NCBI GenBank assembly: GCA_963734295.1
Contig: CAVTGS010000019.1
Location: 19,437-83,436, forward strand
Source: an uncultured beta proteobacterium
Lineage (GTDB): Bacteria; Pseudomonadota; Gammaproteobacteria; Burkholderiales; JAEUMW01
Direction of reading: 5' to 3'
Length of the DNA stretch: 64,000 nt
The notes under the pieces were generated by a model. It did no database searches. It saw only the letters and a program-made list of their open reading frames with translations, and was not told the DNA's origin. A program made the position numbers and the translations under genes. Shown one piece after another: positions 10,496-31,018 of this stretch (positions within the stretch are counted from its first letter, which is position 1; each line of letters starts with the position of its first letter).

Positions 10496-11219
10496 GCTTC
10501 ACTCCCGGTTTCCTGGACCGGCGCTCGCCATCGCCGGGCCGCGCCTTGCGCTCCGGCTCGGCCGCCGGCGCCGCGGCAGGCTGCTCGCCGTGTGCCATCA
10601 CCTCGCCCTTGAATACCCAGACCTTGATGCCGATGACACCGTAGGTCGTCTTCGCCTCGGACACGCCGTAGTCGATATCGGCGCGCAGGGTGTGCAGCGG
10701 CACGCGCCCTTCGCGGTACCACTCGGTGCGCGCGATCTCGGCGCCGTTCAGCCGCCCCGCGCTCATGATCTTGATGCCTTGGGCGCCCAGGCGCATGGCA
10801 TTTTGCATCGCGCGCTTCATCGCACGGCGGAACATGATGCGCTTTTCGAGCTGGGCGGCGATCGAATCCGCGATCAGCTGCGCGTCGAGCTCCGGCTTGC
10901 GGATCTCCTCGATGTTGACGTGCACCGGCACGCCCATCATGCGCTGCAGCTGGTGGCGCAGCTTCTCGATGTCCTCACCCTTCTTGCCGATGACCACACC
11001 GGGGCGGGCGCTGAACACCGTGATGCGCGCGTTCTTGGCCGGGCGCTCGATCACCACCTTGCCGACCGCGGCGTTGCCGAGCTTCTTCTTGAGAAACTCC
11101 CGCACCTTGATGTCCTCGATCAGCATCGACGGAAAGTTCTTCTTGTTCGCGTACCAGCGCGAGCTCCAGTCGTGCTTGACGCCGAGCCGGAAGCCGGTCG
11201 GATGAATTTTCTGTCCCAT
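10479..11219 (-). CDS. rpsC: 30S ribosomal protein S3
   Basis: [13 protein letters not shown]...[14 protein letters not shown]. Confidence 0.97.
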   Translation of the reverse strand: MGQKIHPTGFRLGVKHDWSSRWYANKKNFPSMLIEDIKVREFLKKKLGNAAVGKVVIERPAKNARITVFSARPGVVIGKKGEDIEKLRHQLQRMMGVPVHVNIEEIRKPELDAQLIADSIAAQLEKRIMFRRAMKRAMQNAMRLGAQGIKIMSAGRLNGAEIARTEWYREGRVPLHTLRADIDYGVSEAKTTYGVIGIKVWVFKGEVMAHGEQPAAAPAAEPERKARPGDGERRSRKPGVKHAAAS

Positions 11220-11221
11220 GG

Positions 11222-11557
11222 CTACCTCTTGTCGCCTACGGTGAGAAAGATGTGGCAGGTCGGCTTCATGATCCGATTGGCGCGGCCCTTGGCGCGCGGC
11301 ATGAAGCGCCGCATGAAGGTGCCGCGCTCGACGTGGATGATCGACACCTTCAATTCGTCGATGTCGGCGCCTTCGTTGTGCTCGGCGTTGGCGATGGCCG
11401 ATTCGAGCACCTTCTTGATGACGGCTGCGCTGCGCTTCGGACTGAAGGCGAGGACGTTGAGCGCCTTGTCCACGGACAGTCCGCGGATCTGATCGGCGAC
11501 CAGCCGCGCCTTCTGGGCGGAGAGCCGGACGCCGCGCAATACTGCTCTGGTTTCCAT
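11222..11557 (-). CDS. rplV: 50S ribosomal protein L22
   Basis: [14 protein letters not shown]...SAIANAEHN...PRAKGRA. Confidence 0.97.
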   Translation of the reverse strand: METRAVLRGVRLSAQKARLVADQIRGLSVDKALNVLAFSPKRSAAVIKKVLESAIANAEHNEGADIDELKVSIIHVERGTFMRRFMPRAKGRANRIMKPTCHIFLTVGDKR

Positions 11558-11569
11558 GACTGCCTCCCG

Positions 11570-11854
11570 CTACTTCCTGCCCGCCGCAGCCTTCTTGTCG
11601 CCGGAATGGCCCTTGAAGGTGCGGGTGTGGGAAAACTCGCCGAGCTTGTGGCCGACCATGTTCTCGGTCACGAACACGGGGATGTGCTGCTTGCCGTTGT
11701 GGACCGCGATCGTGAGTCCGACGAAATCCGGCAGTACGGTCGAGCGGCGCGACCAGGTCTTGATCGGGCGCTTGTCGTTGGTTGCCCGCGCAGCGTCCAC
11801 CTTCTTGATGAGATGGAGGTCGACGAACGGGCCTTTCTTGATCGAACGTGCCAT
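11570..11854 (-). CDS. rpsS: 30S ribosomal protein S19
   Basis: [12 protein letters not shown]...KTWSRRS...MVGHKLGEF. Confidence 0.97.
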   Translation of the reverse strand: MARSIKKGPFVDLHLIKKVDAARATNDKRPIKTWSRRSTVLPDFVGLTIAVHNGKQHIPVFVTENMVGHKLGEFSHTRTFKGHSGDKKAAAGRK

Positions 11855-11866
11855 GGTTTACACCTC

Positions 11867-12691
11867 TTACTTCGCGCGCCGACGCACGATCATGCCGCGC
11901 GTGCGCTTGTTCTTGCGGGTGCGGTAGCCCTTGGTGGGGGTGCCCCACGGGCTTACCGGATCGCGTCCGGCCGCGGTCTTGCCTTCGCCGCCGCCGTGCG
12001 GGTGATCGATCGGATTCATGGCCACTCCGCGAACGGTCGGACGGATGCCGCGCCAGCGCTGCGCGCCGGCCTTGCCGATCGACTCGAGCGAGTGCTCCTC
12101 GTTGCCCACCTCGCCGATCGTCGCGCGGCAGTCGACATGCACCTTGCGGATCTCGCCGGAGCGCAGCCGCAGCTGGGCATAGCTGCCCTCGCGGGCGAGC
12201 AGTTGCACCGACGTGCCGGCCGAGCGGGCGAGCTGCGCCCCCTTGCCCGGCGTCATCTCGATGCAGTGGATGGTCGAGCCGACCGGGATGTTGCGCAGGG
12301 GCAGCGCGTTGCCCGGCTTGATCGGAGCCTCCGCGCCGCTCATGAGCTGCGCGCCCACCGCGAGCCCCTTGGCCGCGATGACATAGCGGCGCTCGCCATC
12401 GGCATAACAGAGCAGTGCGATGTGGGCGCTGCGGTTCGGGTCGTACTCGATGCGCTCGACCTTCGCCGCAATGCCGTCCTTGTTGCGGCGGAAGTCGATG
12501 AACCGGTAATGCTGCTTGTGGCCGCCGCCCTGGTGACGGGTGGTGATGTGGCCGAAGGTGTTGCGGCCCGCCTTCTTCGACTGCTTCTCGACGAGCTTCG
12601 CCTCCGGGCGACCCTTGTAGAGTCCCGGCGTCACCACCCGGACCACGGCGCGGCGGCCGGCCGAGGTGGGTTTCATCTTCAAGAGCGGCAT
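11867..12691 (-). CDS. rplB: 50S ribosomal protein L2
   Basis: [13 protein letters not shown]...[17 protein letters not shown]. Confidence 0.98.
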   Translation of the reverse strand: MPLLKMKPTSAGRRAVVRVVTPGLYKGRPEAKLVEKQSKKAGRNTFGHITTRHQGGGHKQHYRFIDFRRNKDGIAAKVERIEYDPNRSAHIALLCYADGERRYVIAAKGLAVGAQLMSGAEAPIKPGNALPLRNIPVGSTIHCIEMTPGKGAQLARSAGTSVQLLAREGSYAQLRLRSGEIRKVHVDCRATIGEVGNEEHSLESIGKAGAQRWRGIRPTVRGVAMNPIDHPHGGGEGKTAAGRDPVSPWGTPTKGYRTRKNKRTRGMIVRRRAK

Positions 12692-13023
12692 TATTTCATC
12701 TCCCCGGCGGCGAAACTGATCTCCTGTCCGGCCGCGAGCGCGACGTACGCTTTCTTCCAGTGGTTGCGGCGACCCATGAAGCGGCCGAAGCGCTTCTCGC
12801 GGCCCTTCACGTTGGCGACCTGCACCGACTTCACCTGCACCTTGAACAGGTGCTCCACGGCCGCCTTGATCTCCGGCTTCGTGGCATCGCGTGCCACCCT
12901 GAAGACGACCTGATTCGCCTTTTCACCGACGAAGGTGCTCTTCTCGGAAACGACGGGCGCGAGCAGCACGAGCATCAGGCGCTCGGGGACGGCAGCGGGC
13001 TGCTTTTGAGCTTGTGCATTCAT
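12691..13023 (-). CDS. rplW: 50S ribosomal protein L23
   Basis: [11 protein letters not shown]...[11 protein letters not shown]...WKKAYV. Confidence 0.95.
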   Translation of the reverse strand: MNAQAQKQPAAVPERLMLVLLAPVVSEKSTFVGEKANQVVFRVARDATKPEIKAAVEHLFKVQVKSVQVANVKGREKRFGRFMGRRNHWKKAYVALAAGQEISFAAGEMK

Positions 13024-13641
13024 CCCAGCATCTCCTCGAACCTGGCGACGGCGCCGCGCGTCATGAGCACGTTGGGAAAGCGCATCAGGCTCACCGGATC
13101 GGCCTCGCTCGGCTTCAACACGAGCACGTGCGGCAGGTTGCGCGCCGAGAGATAAAGATTGTCGTCCGGCGCATCGGTGATGATGAGCAGCGAGTCGAAG
13201 CCCATGCCCTTCACCTTCTGGGCGAGCAGCTTGGTCTTCGGCGCGTCGACGCCGAACTGCTCGACCACCGCCAGGCGCCCGTCGCGGGCCAAGCTGCGAC
13301 AGGATCGAGGAGACGCCGGCGCGGTACATCTTCCGATTCACCTTGTGGCTGAAGTTCTCGTCCGGGCTCGCCGGGAAGATCTTGCCGCCGCCCCGCCACA
13401 GCGGGCTCGACGCCATGCCGGCGCGCGCCCGCCCGGTGCCCTTCTGACGCCACGGCTTGCGCGTCGACTTGGCGACATCGCTGCGGCCCTTCTGCGCACG
13501 CGTGCCTTGGCGCGCGTTCGCGAGAAACGCGGTCACGATCTGATGCACCAGCGCTTCGTTGTACTCCCGGCCGAAGGTGGCGTCAGAGGCGGCGACGCTC
13601 GCGGTCGCCTGCCCGGCATCGTCGATGAGCTTGAGATCCAT
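13020..13641 (-). CDS. rplD: 50S ribosomal protein L4 (apparent +1 indel near 13290)
   Basis: [14 protein letters not shown]; C-terminal PKTK...NLYLSARNL in shifted frame. Confidence 0.95.
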
Positions 13642-14285
13642 CACGCACCTCCCTTGGCGGCGGGACGCACGACCACACGACCGCCCGCCGCACCGGGTAT
13701 GGCGCCGCGTACGAGCAGGAGCTGGCGCGCCGCATCGACCCGGATCACCTCCAGATTGGAGACCGTGCGCTGCACGTCGCCCAGGTGGCCGGCCATGCGC
13801 TTGCCTGGAAACACGCGCCCCGGGTCCTGATTCTGGCCGATCGAGCCGGGCTTGTTGTGCGACACCGAGTTGCCGTGACTCGCCCGGTTGGAGCCGAAGT
13901 TGTGGCGCTTGATGACGCCCGCGAAGCCCTTGCCCTTCGAGGTTCCGGTGACGTCCACCTTCTGCCCGACCTTGAAGATCTCCACCGACACTGCGCCGCC
14001 CGGCTGAAAACCCGCGAGCTCCGCGCCGTCGACATGGAATTCCTTGAGCACGATGCCCGCTTCCGTACCGGCCTTGGCGAAGTGGCCCTGGGCAGGCTTG
14101 TTGACCCGGCTCGCACGGCGTTTACCGAAGGTGACCTGCACCGCGGCATAACCGTCCTTGTCCGGGGTCTTGACCTGGGTGATGCGGTTGTCGGACACGT
14201 CGAGCACCGTCACCGGGACGGAATCACCGTCGTCGGTAAAGATGCGCGTCATGCCGACCTTGCGGCCGACCAGACCTAAGCTCAT
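13641..14285 (-). CDS. rplC: 50S ribosomal protein L3
   Basis: [16 protein letters not shown]...[12 protein letters not shown]...[12 protein letters not shown]. Confidence 0.97.
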   Translation of the reverse strand: MSLGLVGRKVGMTRIFTDDGDSVPVTVLDVSDNRITQVKTPDKDGYAAVQVTFGKRRASRVNKPAQGHFAKAGTEAGIVLKEFHVDGAELAGFQPGGAVSVEIFKVGQKVDVTGTSKGKGFAGVIKRHNFGSNRASHGNSVSHNKPGSIGQNQDPGRVFPGKRMAGHLGDVQRTVSNLEVIRVDAARQLLLVRGAIPGAAGGRVVVRPAAKGGA

Positions 14286-14339
14286 CGTTCTTGCCCTCGA
14301 TAAAGGGGCCGGCTGCAATTGGCCGGCGGGTTTCTACTG

Positions 14340-14393
14340 GTGAATGTGAAGGTGAAGGACGACAGCTGCTTCACCTCACGCCTCACTCCTCAC
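14340..14393. repeat. short tandem-repeat inverted module in the rpsJ-rplC spacer
   Basis: mRNA sense GTGAGGA-GTGAGGC-GTGAG-GTGAAG, 11-nt loop, CTTCAC-CTTCAC-ATTCAC. Confidence 0.7.
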
Positions 14394-14398
14394 TGCAC

Positions 14399-14716
14399 TT
14401 ACAACTTGATCTCCACGTCCACCCCCGCAGGCAGGTCGAGCTTCATCAGCGCGTCCACCGTCTTGTCGGTCGGATCGATGATGTCCATCAAGCGCAGATG
14501 CGTGCGGATCTCGAACTGGTCGCGGGACGTCTTGTTCACGTGGGGCGAGCGCAGCACGTCGAAGCGCTCGATGCGCGTCGGCAGGGGTACTGGACCCTTG
14601 ACGACCGCTCCGGTCCGCTTCGCCGTCTCCACGATCTCCAGCGCCGACTGATCGATCAGACGATAGTCGAACGCCTTCAGGCGAATGCGGATTTTCTGTT
14701 TCTGCAGGGCAGCCAT
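14399..14716 (-). CDS. rpsJ: 30S ribosomal protein S10
   Basis: [15 protein letters not shown]...[13 protein letters not shown]. Confidence 0.98.
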   Translation of the reverse strand: MAALQKQKIRIRLKAFDYRLIDQSALEIVETAKRTGAVVKGPVPLPTRIERFDVLRSPHVNKTSRDQFEIRTHLRLMDIIDPTDKTVDALMKLDLPAGVDVEIKL

Positions 14717-14719
14717 CGC

Positions 14720-15910
<1,191 letters not shown>

Positions 15911-15936
15911 GTCCAGCCCCTTGAGTTGAGGAAACC

Positions 15937-18027
15937 TTACTTCTTATTAATGATCGCTTCGGCGACATTCTTCGGCGCCTCGGAATAATGCTTGAACTCC
16001 ATCGTGTAGGTGGCGCGGCCCTGGGTGGCCGAACGCAGGGCGGTGGAGTACCCGAACATCTCCGCGAGCGGGACTTCGGCCTTGATCACCTTCAAGCCGG
16101 CCACGTCCTCCATGCCCTGGATCATGCCACGGCGGGACGACAGATCGCCTACCACGTTGCCCATGAAGTCCGGGGGCGTCTCGACCTCCACGGCCATCAT
16201 CGGCTCGAGCAGGACCGGATTGGCCTTGCGCATGCCGTCCTTGAAGGCGATGGAGGCCGCCATCTTGAAAGCGTTCTCGGAGGAGTCGACTTCGTGATAG
16301 CTGCCGTCGAACAGGGTCACTTTCACATCGACGACCGGGAAGCCGGCGAGCACGCCATTCGGCAGGGTATCGGTCACGCCCTTGTTGACGGCCGGGATGT
16401 ACTCGCGCGGCACCGACCCACCCTTGATCGCGTCCACGAACTCGTAGCCCTTGCCGTGCTGGTTCGGCTCCATCTTGAGCCACACGTGACCGTACTGTCC
16501 CTTGCCGCCCGACTGCTTGATGAATTTGCCCTCGATCTCGACCGGCTTCTTGATCGCCTCGCGGTACGCGACCTGCGGCGCGCCCACGTTCGCCTCGACG
16601 CCGAACTCGCGCTTCATGCGGTCGACGATGATCTCGAGGTGCAGCTCGCCCATGCCCGAGATGATGGTCTGCCCCGACTCCTCGTCGGTGCGCACGCGAA
16701 AGGAGGGATCCTCCTGCGCCAGCCGATTCAGGGCCACACCCATCTTCTCCTGGTCGGCCTTGGTCTTGGGCTCGACCGCGACATGGATCACCGGCTCCGG
16801 GAAAATCATCTTCTCCAGCACGATGACGCGCTGCGGGTCGCAGATGGTGTCCCCGGTCGTCGCTTCCTTCAGGCCGACCGCCGCCGCGATGTCGCCGGCG
16901 CGCACTTCCTTGATCTCTTCCCGCGTGTTCGCGTGCATCTGGAGCAGGCGGCCGATGCGTTCCTTGCGGCCCTTCACCGGGTTGTAGATGGTATCGCCCG
17001 AGCTCACCACCCCCGAATAGACGCGGAAGAAGATCAACTGGCCGACATAGGGATCGGTCATGATCTTGAACGCGAGCCCGGAGAAGGGCGCCTCGTCGGT
17101 CGCCTCGCGCGAGGACTCTTCGCCGTTCTCGAGCCGCCCCTTCACCGGCGGGATGTCCACCGGCGACGGCATGTAATCCACCACCGCGTCGAGCATCGCC
17201 TGCACGCCCTTGTTCTTGAACGCGGACCCGCACAGCATCGGCACGATCTCGTTGGCGATGGTGCGCACTCGCAGACCCTGTTTGATGTCCTCGACCGAGA
17301 GATCGCCCTCGTCGAGATACTTGTGCATCAGGTCCTCGTTCGCCTCGGCCGCGGTCTCGAGCATCTTCTCGCGCCACTCCGCCGCCTCGTCCGCGAGATT
17401 CGCCGGGATCTCCCGCAGCTCGAACTTCGTGCCCTGCGTCTTGTCGTCCCAGTAGATGGCCTTCATCCGCACTAGGTCGATCACGCCCTCGAACTTGTCC
17501 TCGGCGCCGATGGGAAGCTGGATGGGAACCGGGTGCGCCTTGAGACGCGCCTGCACCTGTTCGTAAACGCGCAGAAAATTGGCCCCGGCGCGGTCCATCT
17601 TGTTCACGAAGCAAAGACGCGGGACGCCGTACTTGTTGGCCTGCCGCCACACCGTCTCGGTCTGCGGCTGCACCCCGCCCACCGCGCAGAGCACGGTGCA
17701 GGCGCCGTCCAGCACGCGCAGGCTGCGCTCCACCTCGATGGTGAAATCCACGTGGCCGGGCGTGTCGATGATGTTGATGCGGTGCTCCGTCAGCGCGCCG
17801 TCCATGCCCTTCCAGAAGCACGTCGTGGCGGCGGACGTGATGGTGATGCCGCGTTCCTGTTCCTGCTCCATCCAGTCCATGATGGCGGTGCCGTCGTGCA
17901 CCTCGCCCAGCTTGTGCGACACCCCGGTGTAGAAAAGGATGCGTTCGGTGGTCGTGGTTTTCCCGGCATCGATGTGCGCCATGATGCCGATGTTCCGGTA
18001 ATGCTGAATGGGTGTCTTGCGTGCCAC
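15937..18027 (-). CDS. fusA: elongation factor G
   Basis: [23 protein letters not shown]; 696 aa; GTG start. Confidence 0.99.
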   Translation of the reverse strand: MARKTPIQHYRNIGIMAHIDAGKTTTTERILFYTGVSHKLGEVHDGTAIMDWMEQEQERGITITSAATTCFWKGMDGALTEHRINIIDTPGHVDFTIEVERSLRVLDGACTVLCAVGGVQPQTETVWRQANKYGVPRLCFVNKMDRAGANFLRVYEQVQARLKAHPVPIQLPIGAEDKFEGVIDLVRMKAIYWDDKTQGTKFELREIPANLADEAAEWREKMLETAAEANEDLMHKYLDEGDLSVEDIKQGLRVRTIANEIVPMLCGSAFKNKGVQAMLDAVVDYMPSPVDIPPVKGRLENGEESSREATDEAPFSGLAFKIMTDPYVGQLIFFRVYSGVVSSGDTIYNPVKGRKERIGRLLQMHANTREEIKEVRAGDIAAAVGLKEATTGDTICDPQRVIVLEKMIFPEPVIHVAVEPKTKADQEKMGVALNRLAQEDPSFRVRTDEESGQTIISGMGELHLEIIVDRMKREFGVEANVGAPQVAYREAIKKPVEIEGKFIKQSGGKGQYGHVWLKMEPNQHGKGYEFVDAIKGGSVPREYIPAVNKGVTDTLPNGVLAGFPVVDVKVTLFDGSYHEVDSSENAFKMAASIAFKDGMRKANPVLLEPMMAVEVETPPDFMGNVVGDLSSRRGMIQGMEDVAGLKVIKAEVPLAEMFGYSTALRSATQGRATYTMEFKHYSEAPKNVAEAIINKK

Positions 18028-18123
18028 GGACTGTCGACTCTTTCTCTGATCGCAGCGATGCGCTTCTGGCGCACCGCGCTCGGACGGCTGCCCGGGTCCT
18101 GATGGGGGCCGCGGGGCAGCCTC

Positions 18124-18594
18124 TTAGAAGCGATAGTGGGAGAAGGCCTTGTTGGCCTCTGCCATCTTGTGCACTTCCTCTCGTTTCTTCATCGCGCCGC
18201 CGCGGCCTTCCGCCGCTTCGGCGAGCTCGCCGGCGAGGCGCTGCCCCATCGACTTCTCGCTGCGCTTGCGCGCAGCCTCGCGCAGCCAGCGCATGGCGAG
18301 CGCGGTGCGGCGAACCTGCCGCACTTCGACCGGCACCTGATAGTTCGCGCCGCCGACCCGGCGACTTTTCACTTCGACCACCGGCCGCACGTTCTGCAGC
18401 GCCTGATTGAAGACTTCGAGCGGGTTCTTGCCGCTGCGCTTCTGGATCTGGTCGAGCGCCCCGTACATGATGCGCTCGGCCACCGACTTCTTGCCGCGGG
18501 TCATCAGGACGTTGACGAACTTCGCCACTTCCTGGCTCGAAAACTTGGGGTCCGGAAGGATCTCCCGCTTGGGAATTTCTCTGCGTCGAGGCAT
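18124..18594 (-). CDS. rpsG: 30S ribosomal protein S7
   Basis: MPRRR...[15 protein letters not shown]...[13 protein letters not shown]. Confidence 0.98.
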   Translation of the reverse strand: MPRRREIPKREILPDPKFSSQEVAKFVNVLMTRGKKSVAERIMYGALDQIQKRSGKNPLEVFNQALQNVRPVVEVKSRRVGGANYQVPVEVRQVRRTALAMRWLREAARKRSEKSMGQRLAGELAEAAEGRGGAMKKREEVHKMAEANKAFSHYRF

Positions 18595-18640
18595 GGTGCG
18601 ACCTGTTGACCTGAATTCGTGTCGTTGATCCCGCGTCCCG

Positions 18641-19018
18641 TCAGCCGGCCTTGGGGCGCTTGGCGCCGTACTTGGAGCGGCTCTGCTTGCGATCCTTCAC
18701 GCCCGCGGTATCGAGACTGCCGCGCACCGTGTGATAGCGCACGCCGGGCAGATCCTTCACGCGACCCCCGCGGATCAAGACGACCGAATGCTCCTGCAGG
18801 TTGTGGCCCTCGCCTCCGATATAGCTGATGACCTCGAAGCCGTTCGTGAGGCGCACCTTTGCGACCTTGCGCAGCGCGGAATTCGGCTTCTTCGGCGTGG
18901 TCGTGTAGACGCGAATGCACACGCCGCGCTTCTGCGGCGAGTTCTGCAGCGCCGGTACTTTGCTCTTGGTGACCTGGCGCGTGCGCGACTTGCGCACGAG
19001 CTGGTTGACGGTTGGCAT
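18641..19018 (-). CDS. rpsL: 30S ribosomal protein S12
   Basis: [13 protein letters not shown]...[12 protein letters not shown]. Confidence 0.98.
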   Translation of the reverse strand: MPTVNQLVRKSRTRQVTKSKVPALQNSPQKRGVCIRVYTTTPKKPNSALRKVAKVRLTNGFEVISYIGGEGHNLQEHSVVLIRGGRVKDLPGVRYHTVRGSLDTAGVKDRKQSRSKYGAKRPKAG

Positions 19019-19142
19019 CGCTTACCCTGTCGTTGACGGGCGCAGCGCCGAGAGCGCCAGCCCGGTTTGCCTGCTCGGGTTCTCTCCGTAAGGTCTCTCG
19101 GACGGAGAAGGCTCCGGGCGCAGCATTGCGTTTGTCCCGCGC

Positions 19143-19180
19143 AAAAAGCCGGGACGGCGTCTCCGCCGTCCCCGAGGCTT
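19143..19180 (-). terminator. terminator/attenuator-like hairpin between rpoC and rpsL
   Basis: AAGCC-tcg-GGGACGGCG-gaga-CGCCGTCCC-GGCTTTTT on the minus strand. Confidence 0.6.
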
Positions 19181-19240
19181 GCGCGTCCACCGAGCCCGAA
19201 GCCGCTTGACTATGGGCTCGGGCAGTAAAAAAGACTGTGG

Positions 19241-19265
19241 AGTTTATGGACTTGGGTGAGCCCTG

Positions 19266-19269
<4 letters not shown>
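19241..19269 (-). promoter_or_regulatory. sigma70 promoter of the str operon
   Basis: TTGACA-N17-TAAACT; -35 overlaps the probable rpoC stop codon. Confidence 0.75.
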
Positions 19270-23520
<4,251 letters not shown>

Positions 23521-23538
23521 TACGAAACCTCCGGTTTC

Positions 23539-23620
23539 GGGTGAACGGAGAAGGGTGAAGGGTGAAGGGCGAACCCGGCGCAAGGCCGCACCCCTTCCCT
23601 CCTCCCGCTTCCCTCTTCCC
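23539..23620. repeat. heptamer tandem-repeat inverted module in the rpoB-rpoC spacer
   Basis: mRNA sense GGGAAGA-GGGAAGC-GGGAGGA-GGGAAGG ... TTCGCCC-TTCACCC-TTCACCC-TTCTCCG-TTCACCC. Confidence 0.75.
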
Positions 23621-23623
23621 GCA

Positions 23624-27694
<4,071 letters not shown>

Positions 27695-27854
27695 GAGGTC
27701 ACTCCACGGCACTGACAAGCAGGGCGAATCCCGGCGGCAGGCACGGCATGGTCACACCCCTTGAGAGGATGTTCCGCGACAAAGATTCCGCCGAACAGGG
27801 ACAACGCGGAAATCTCCGTATCTGCCATCCGGGCTTCGGTCTCCCTAGAAGCGG

Positions 27855-27881
27855 AAAAAGGCCGGCGGTCTCCCGCCAGCC
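27855..27881 (-). terminator. rplL-rpoB attenuator hairpin
   Basis: GGCTGGCGG-gaga-CCGCCGGCC-TTTTT; same position as the E. coli rplL-rpoB attenuator. Confidence 0.75.
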
Positions 27882-27900
27882 CATGATGAGGCATTGCGGC

Positions 27901-28281
27901 TTACTTGATCTCGCAAGTGGCGCCAGCATCCGTGAGCTGTTTGGCGACGGCGTCGGCGTCGGCCTTCGACACGCCTTCCTTCACGGGCTTCGGCGCGCCG
28001 TCCACGAGGTCCTTCGCTTCCTTGAGGCCGAGACCGGTGATTGCGCGCACCACCTTGATGGTATTGACCTTGTTTTCGCCGGCGCCGGTGAGCACGACCG
28101 TGAACTCGGTCTGCTCCTCGGCGGCGGGCGCCGCGGCACCGGCCGCGGGCGCAGCCACGGCAACCGCTGCGGCAGCCGCGGAGACGCCGAACTTTTCCTC
28201 CATCTCCTTGATGAGACCGGCAAGCTCGAGCACGGTCATGTTGGCGATGGCTTCCAGAATGTCAGCTTTGGCAACGGCCAT
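27901..28281 (-). CDS. rplL: 50S ribosomal protein L7/L12
   Basis: [10 protein letters not shown] hinge; [15 protein letters not shown]. Confidence 0.98.
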   Translation of the reverse strand: MAVAKADILEAIANMTVLELAGLIKEMEEKFGVSAAAAAVAVAAPAAGAAAPAAEEQTEFTVVLTGAGENKVNTIKVVRAITGLGLKEAKDLVDGAPKPVKEGVSKADADAVAKQLTDAGATCEIK

Positions 28282-28344
28282 TTCTTTACTCCTGATTCGT
28301 AAGTCGTAACGGATTCGGTAAGGAAGCGGGTGCGCGCGGCCCGT

Positions 28345-28869
28345 CTAGGACACGCCCTTGGCATCGCGCACCGCGGCGAGCGTCCGCACGAAGCGCGACG
28401 GCACCTCGGCGAGCGTACGCACGAACTGCGCAACCGGTGCCTGCATGGTGCCGAGCAGCCTCGCGAGCAGCGCCTCGCGGCTCGGCAGGGTGGCGAGACT
28501 CGCCACGTCCTTCGGGGACATGACGTAGTTCGCCATCGCGCCGCCCTTGATGGCGAGCTTCTCGTTGGCCTTGGCGAATTCATGCAGAACCTTGGCGAGA
28601 GCCACGGGATCGCTCGACATGCCATATGCCAGCGGACCGACCATCTTGTCGGCCAGCTCGGCGAACGGCGTGTCGGCGACCGCGCGCCGGGCAAGCGTGT
28701 TCTTCACGACGCGGAAGTAGACTCCCGCGGCTCGTGCGCGCTTGCGCAGCTCGGTCATCTGACCCACTTCCAGACCGCGGTTCTCGGCCAGCACGATCGC
28801 CTGAGCACGCGCCACTTCGGCGTTCACCTCGGCGACCACCGCCTTCTTGTCTTCAAGATTGAGACCCAA
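28345..28869 (-). CDS. rplJ: 50S ribosomal protein L10
   Basis: TTG start after GGAGG; [13 protein letters not shown]...[10 protein letters not shown]...LATLPSRE. Confidence 0.96.
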   Translation of the reverse strand: MGLNLEDKKAVVAEVNAEVARAQAIVLAENRGLEVGQMTELRKRARAAGVYFRVVKNTLARRAVADTPFAELADKMVGPLAYGMSSDPVALAKVLHEFAKANEKLAIKGGAMANYVMSPKDVASLATLPSREALLARLLGTMQAPVAQFVRTLAEVPSRFVRTLAAVRDAKGVS

Positions 28870-28988
28870 GGTCCACCCTCCAATTGACGGAATCACCCTG
28901 GCATCGCGCCTGCTGGCACGAGGCCCGGATGTTCCGGTTAGCCATAGCGACCTTAGAGCCAGGAGTCATTTCCAGCCTGCCGGGTTCG

Positions 28989-29185
28989 CCATCTGCGTTG
29001 GGCGCTCGCTGCACCGGGAAAGGAAACGAGAGAAGCGGGAAGGGTTTTCCCTCCCGACCTCTTCAACCATCCCGCTGCTAGCGTTTAAGTCCCCTTCGGT
29101 TCCACGCTCGCGGATCGGTTTGTAGGGCGTCACCCTTCTCACTTCCCCCTCCACGCTTCACCTCGAAGACCCCAACGGTCTTTGA
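28989..29185 (-). promoter_or_regulatory. L10 leader (L10-L12 autoregulatory RNA), expanded
   Basis: TCAAAGACCGTTGG ... CTTAAA ... CCAACGCAGATGG matches the AAGAC-stem-TTAA-stem-GYAGA layout of rplJ leaders. Confidence 0.7.
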
Positions 29186-29270
29186 TAACCCTGGCCACCC
29201 GCTTGGCAGCGGGCAGTCAGGCCCAAAGTACACACCTACATCGCGCGGCCGACCGCGCGGCACGATTTCC

Positions 29271-29966
29271 TCACTGCGCGAGCGTTGCCTGGTCCACCCG
29301 GACGCCGGTGCCCATGGTGCTCGCGACCGAGATCTTCCTGACATACACCCCCTTCGAGCTCGCCGGTTTCGCCTTGTTCAAGGCATCCATCAGCGCAACC
29401 AGATTCTCCTGCAGGGACTGGACCGCAAACGACGCCCGGCCGATGCTGCAGTGGATGATGCCGCCCTTGTCCGTGCGGTACTGCACCTGTCCCGCCTTGG
29501 CATTCTTCACCGCCTGCACCACGTCCTGGGTCACGGTGCCCACCTTCGGATTGGGCATGAGACCGCGCGGACCGAGGATCTGGCCCAGCCCGCCCACGAC
29601 GCGCATGGCGTCCGGGCTGGCGATCACCACGTCGAACTCCATGAAGCCGCCCTTCACCTTCTCGGCGAGGTCCTCGAAGCCGACGATGTCGGCCCCGGCG
29701 GCGAGCGCATCCTTGGCCTTGTCACCTTGGGCAAACACCGCCACGCGCTTGGTCTTGCCGGTGCCCTTGGGCAAAACCACCGAACCGCGCACCTGCTGGT
29801 CCGACTTCTTGGCGTCGACGCCCAGGTTCACCGCCACGTCGATGGATTCGTCGAACTTGGCGGTCGCATTGCGTTTGACGAGCTCGAGGGCGTCCGCCAA
29901 GGGGTAAGACTTCGCGCGGTCGACCGTGCCGCGAAGAAGCTTGAAACGCTTGGAATCGCGCGCCAT
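29271..29966 (-). CDS. rplA: 50S ribosomal protein L1
   Basis: [16 protein letters not shown]...[16 protein letters not shown]. Confidence 0.97.
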   Translation of the reverse strand: MARDSKRFKLLRGTVDRAKSYPLADALELVKRNATAKFDESIDVAVNLGVDAKKSDQQVRGSVVLPKGTGKTKRVAVFAQGDKAKDALAAGADIVGFEDLAEKVKGGFMEFDVVIASPDAMRVVGGLGQILGPRGLMPNPKVGTVTQDVVQAVKNAKAGQVQYRTDKGGIIHCSIGRASFAVQSLQENLVALMDALNKAKPASSKGVYVRKISVASTMGTGVRVDQATLAQ

Positions 29967-29967
29967 G

Positions 29968-30399
29968 TCACACCCCCTCCACTTCGACGCCCATGCTGCG
30001 GGCGCTGCCGGCGATCGTGCGCACCGCGGCATCGAGATCAGCCGCGGTCAGATCCGGCGTCTTCGCCCGGGCGATATCCTCGACCTGCGCGCGGGTGAGC
30101 TTTCCCACCTTGTCCAGGTGCGGCTTGGGGCTGCCCTTGTCGATCTTCGCCGCCTTCCTGATGAGCACCGACGCGGGAGGCGTCTTCATCACGAAGGTAA
30201 AGCTCTTGTCCTGGTAGGCCGTGATGACGACCGGCACCGGCAGGCCGACTTCCATGCCCTGGGTCTGCGCGTTGAACGCCTTGCAGAACTCCATGATGTT
30301 GAGGCCGCGCTGTCCCAGCGCAGGCCCGATGGGCGGGCTCGGATTCGCCTTGCCCGCCGGCACCTGAAGCTTGATCAGGCCGACGATTTTCTTTGCCAC
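29968..30399 (-). CDS. rplK: 50S ribosomal protein L11
   Basis: [23 protein letters not shown]. Confidence 0.98.
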   Translation of the reverse strand: MAKKIVGLIKLQVPAGKANPSPPIGPALGQRGLNIMEFCKAFNAQTQGMEVGLPVPVVITAYQDKSFTFVMKTPPASVLIRKAAKIDKGSPKPHLDKVGKLTRAQVEDIARAKTPDLTAADLDAAVRTIAGSARSMGVEVEGV

Positions 30400-30415
30400 G
30401 CTTCACACTCCTTGG

Positions 30416-30450
30416 CGGGTTCGAGCGGACACTTCTCGCATCCTCCCCGT
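30416..30450 (-). promoter_or_regulatory. putative L1-binding site in the rplK leader
   Basis: ACGGGGAG-hairpin-GCTCGAACCC just upstream of the rplK SD, same layout as the E. coli rplK L1 site. Confidence 0.55.
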
Positions 30451-30484
30451 GCATTGTTCGCAGCGTCGCCGCTGCCACACCGGA

Positions 30485-31018
30485 TCAGGCCTTTTCGACC
30501 TGACCGAAATCGAGCTCGACCGGCGTCGAGCGCCCGAAGATCGTCACCGACACCCGGATCTTGCTCTTGTCGTAATTCACGTCCTCGACCGACCCGTGAA
30601 AGTCGGTGAACGGGCCTTCCTTGACCCGCACCACTTCGCCCACCTCGAACAGCACCTTGGGCTTGGGTTTTTCGACCCCCTCCTGGATCTGGTTCAGGAT
30701 GTTCTGCACCTCCTTCGCCGAGATCGGCGTCGGCTTCGTCGCGGTGCCGCCCACGAACCCCGTGACCTTCGGGGTATTCTTGACCAGGTGCCAGGTGTCG
30801 TCGGTCATTTCCATCTCGACCAGCACATAGCCCGGGAAGAACTTGCGCTCGCTGATGGCCTTCTGCCCGCCCTTCATCTCGACGACCTCTTCGACCGGAA
30901 CCATGATCTGCCCGAACTGATCCTGCATCCCGGCGCGCTGGATACGCTCGAGCAGGGTGCGCTGCACGCTCTTCTCGAAGCCGGAATAGGCGTGCACCAC
31001 GTACCATCTCTTCGTCAT
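30485..31018 (-). CDS. nusG: transcription termination/antitermination factor NusG
   Basis: [16 protein letters not shown]...FPGYVLVEM...[10 protein letters not shown]. Confidence 0.98.
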   Translation of the reverse strand: MTKRWYVVHAYSGFEKSVQRTLLERIQRAGMQDQFGQIMVPVEEVVEMKGGQKAISERKFFPGYVLVEMEMTDDTWHLVKNTPKVTGFVGGTATKPTPISAKEVQNILNQIQEGVEKPKPKVLFEVGEVVRVKEGPFTDFHGSVEDVNYDKSKIRVSVTIFGRSTPVELDFGQVEKA

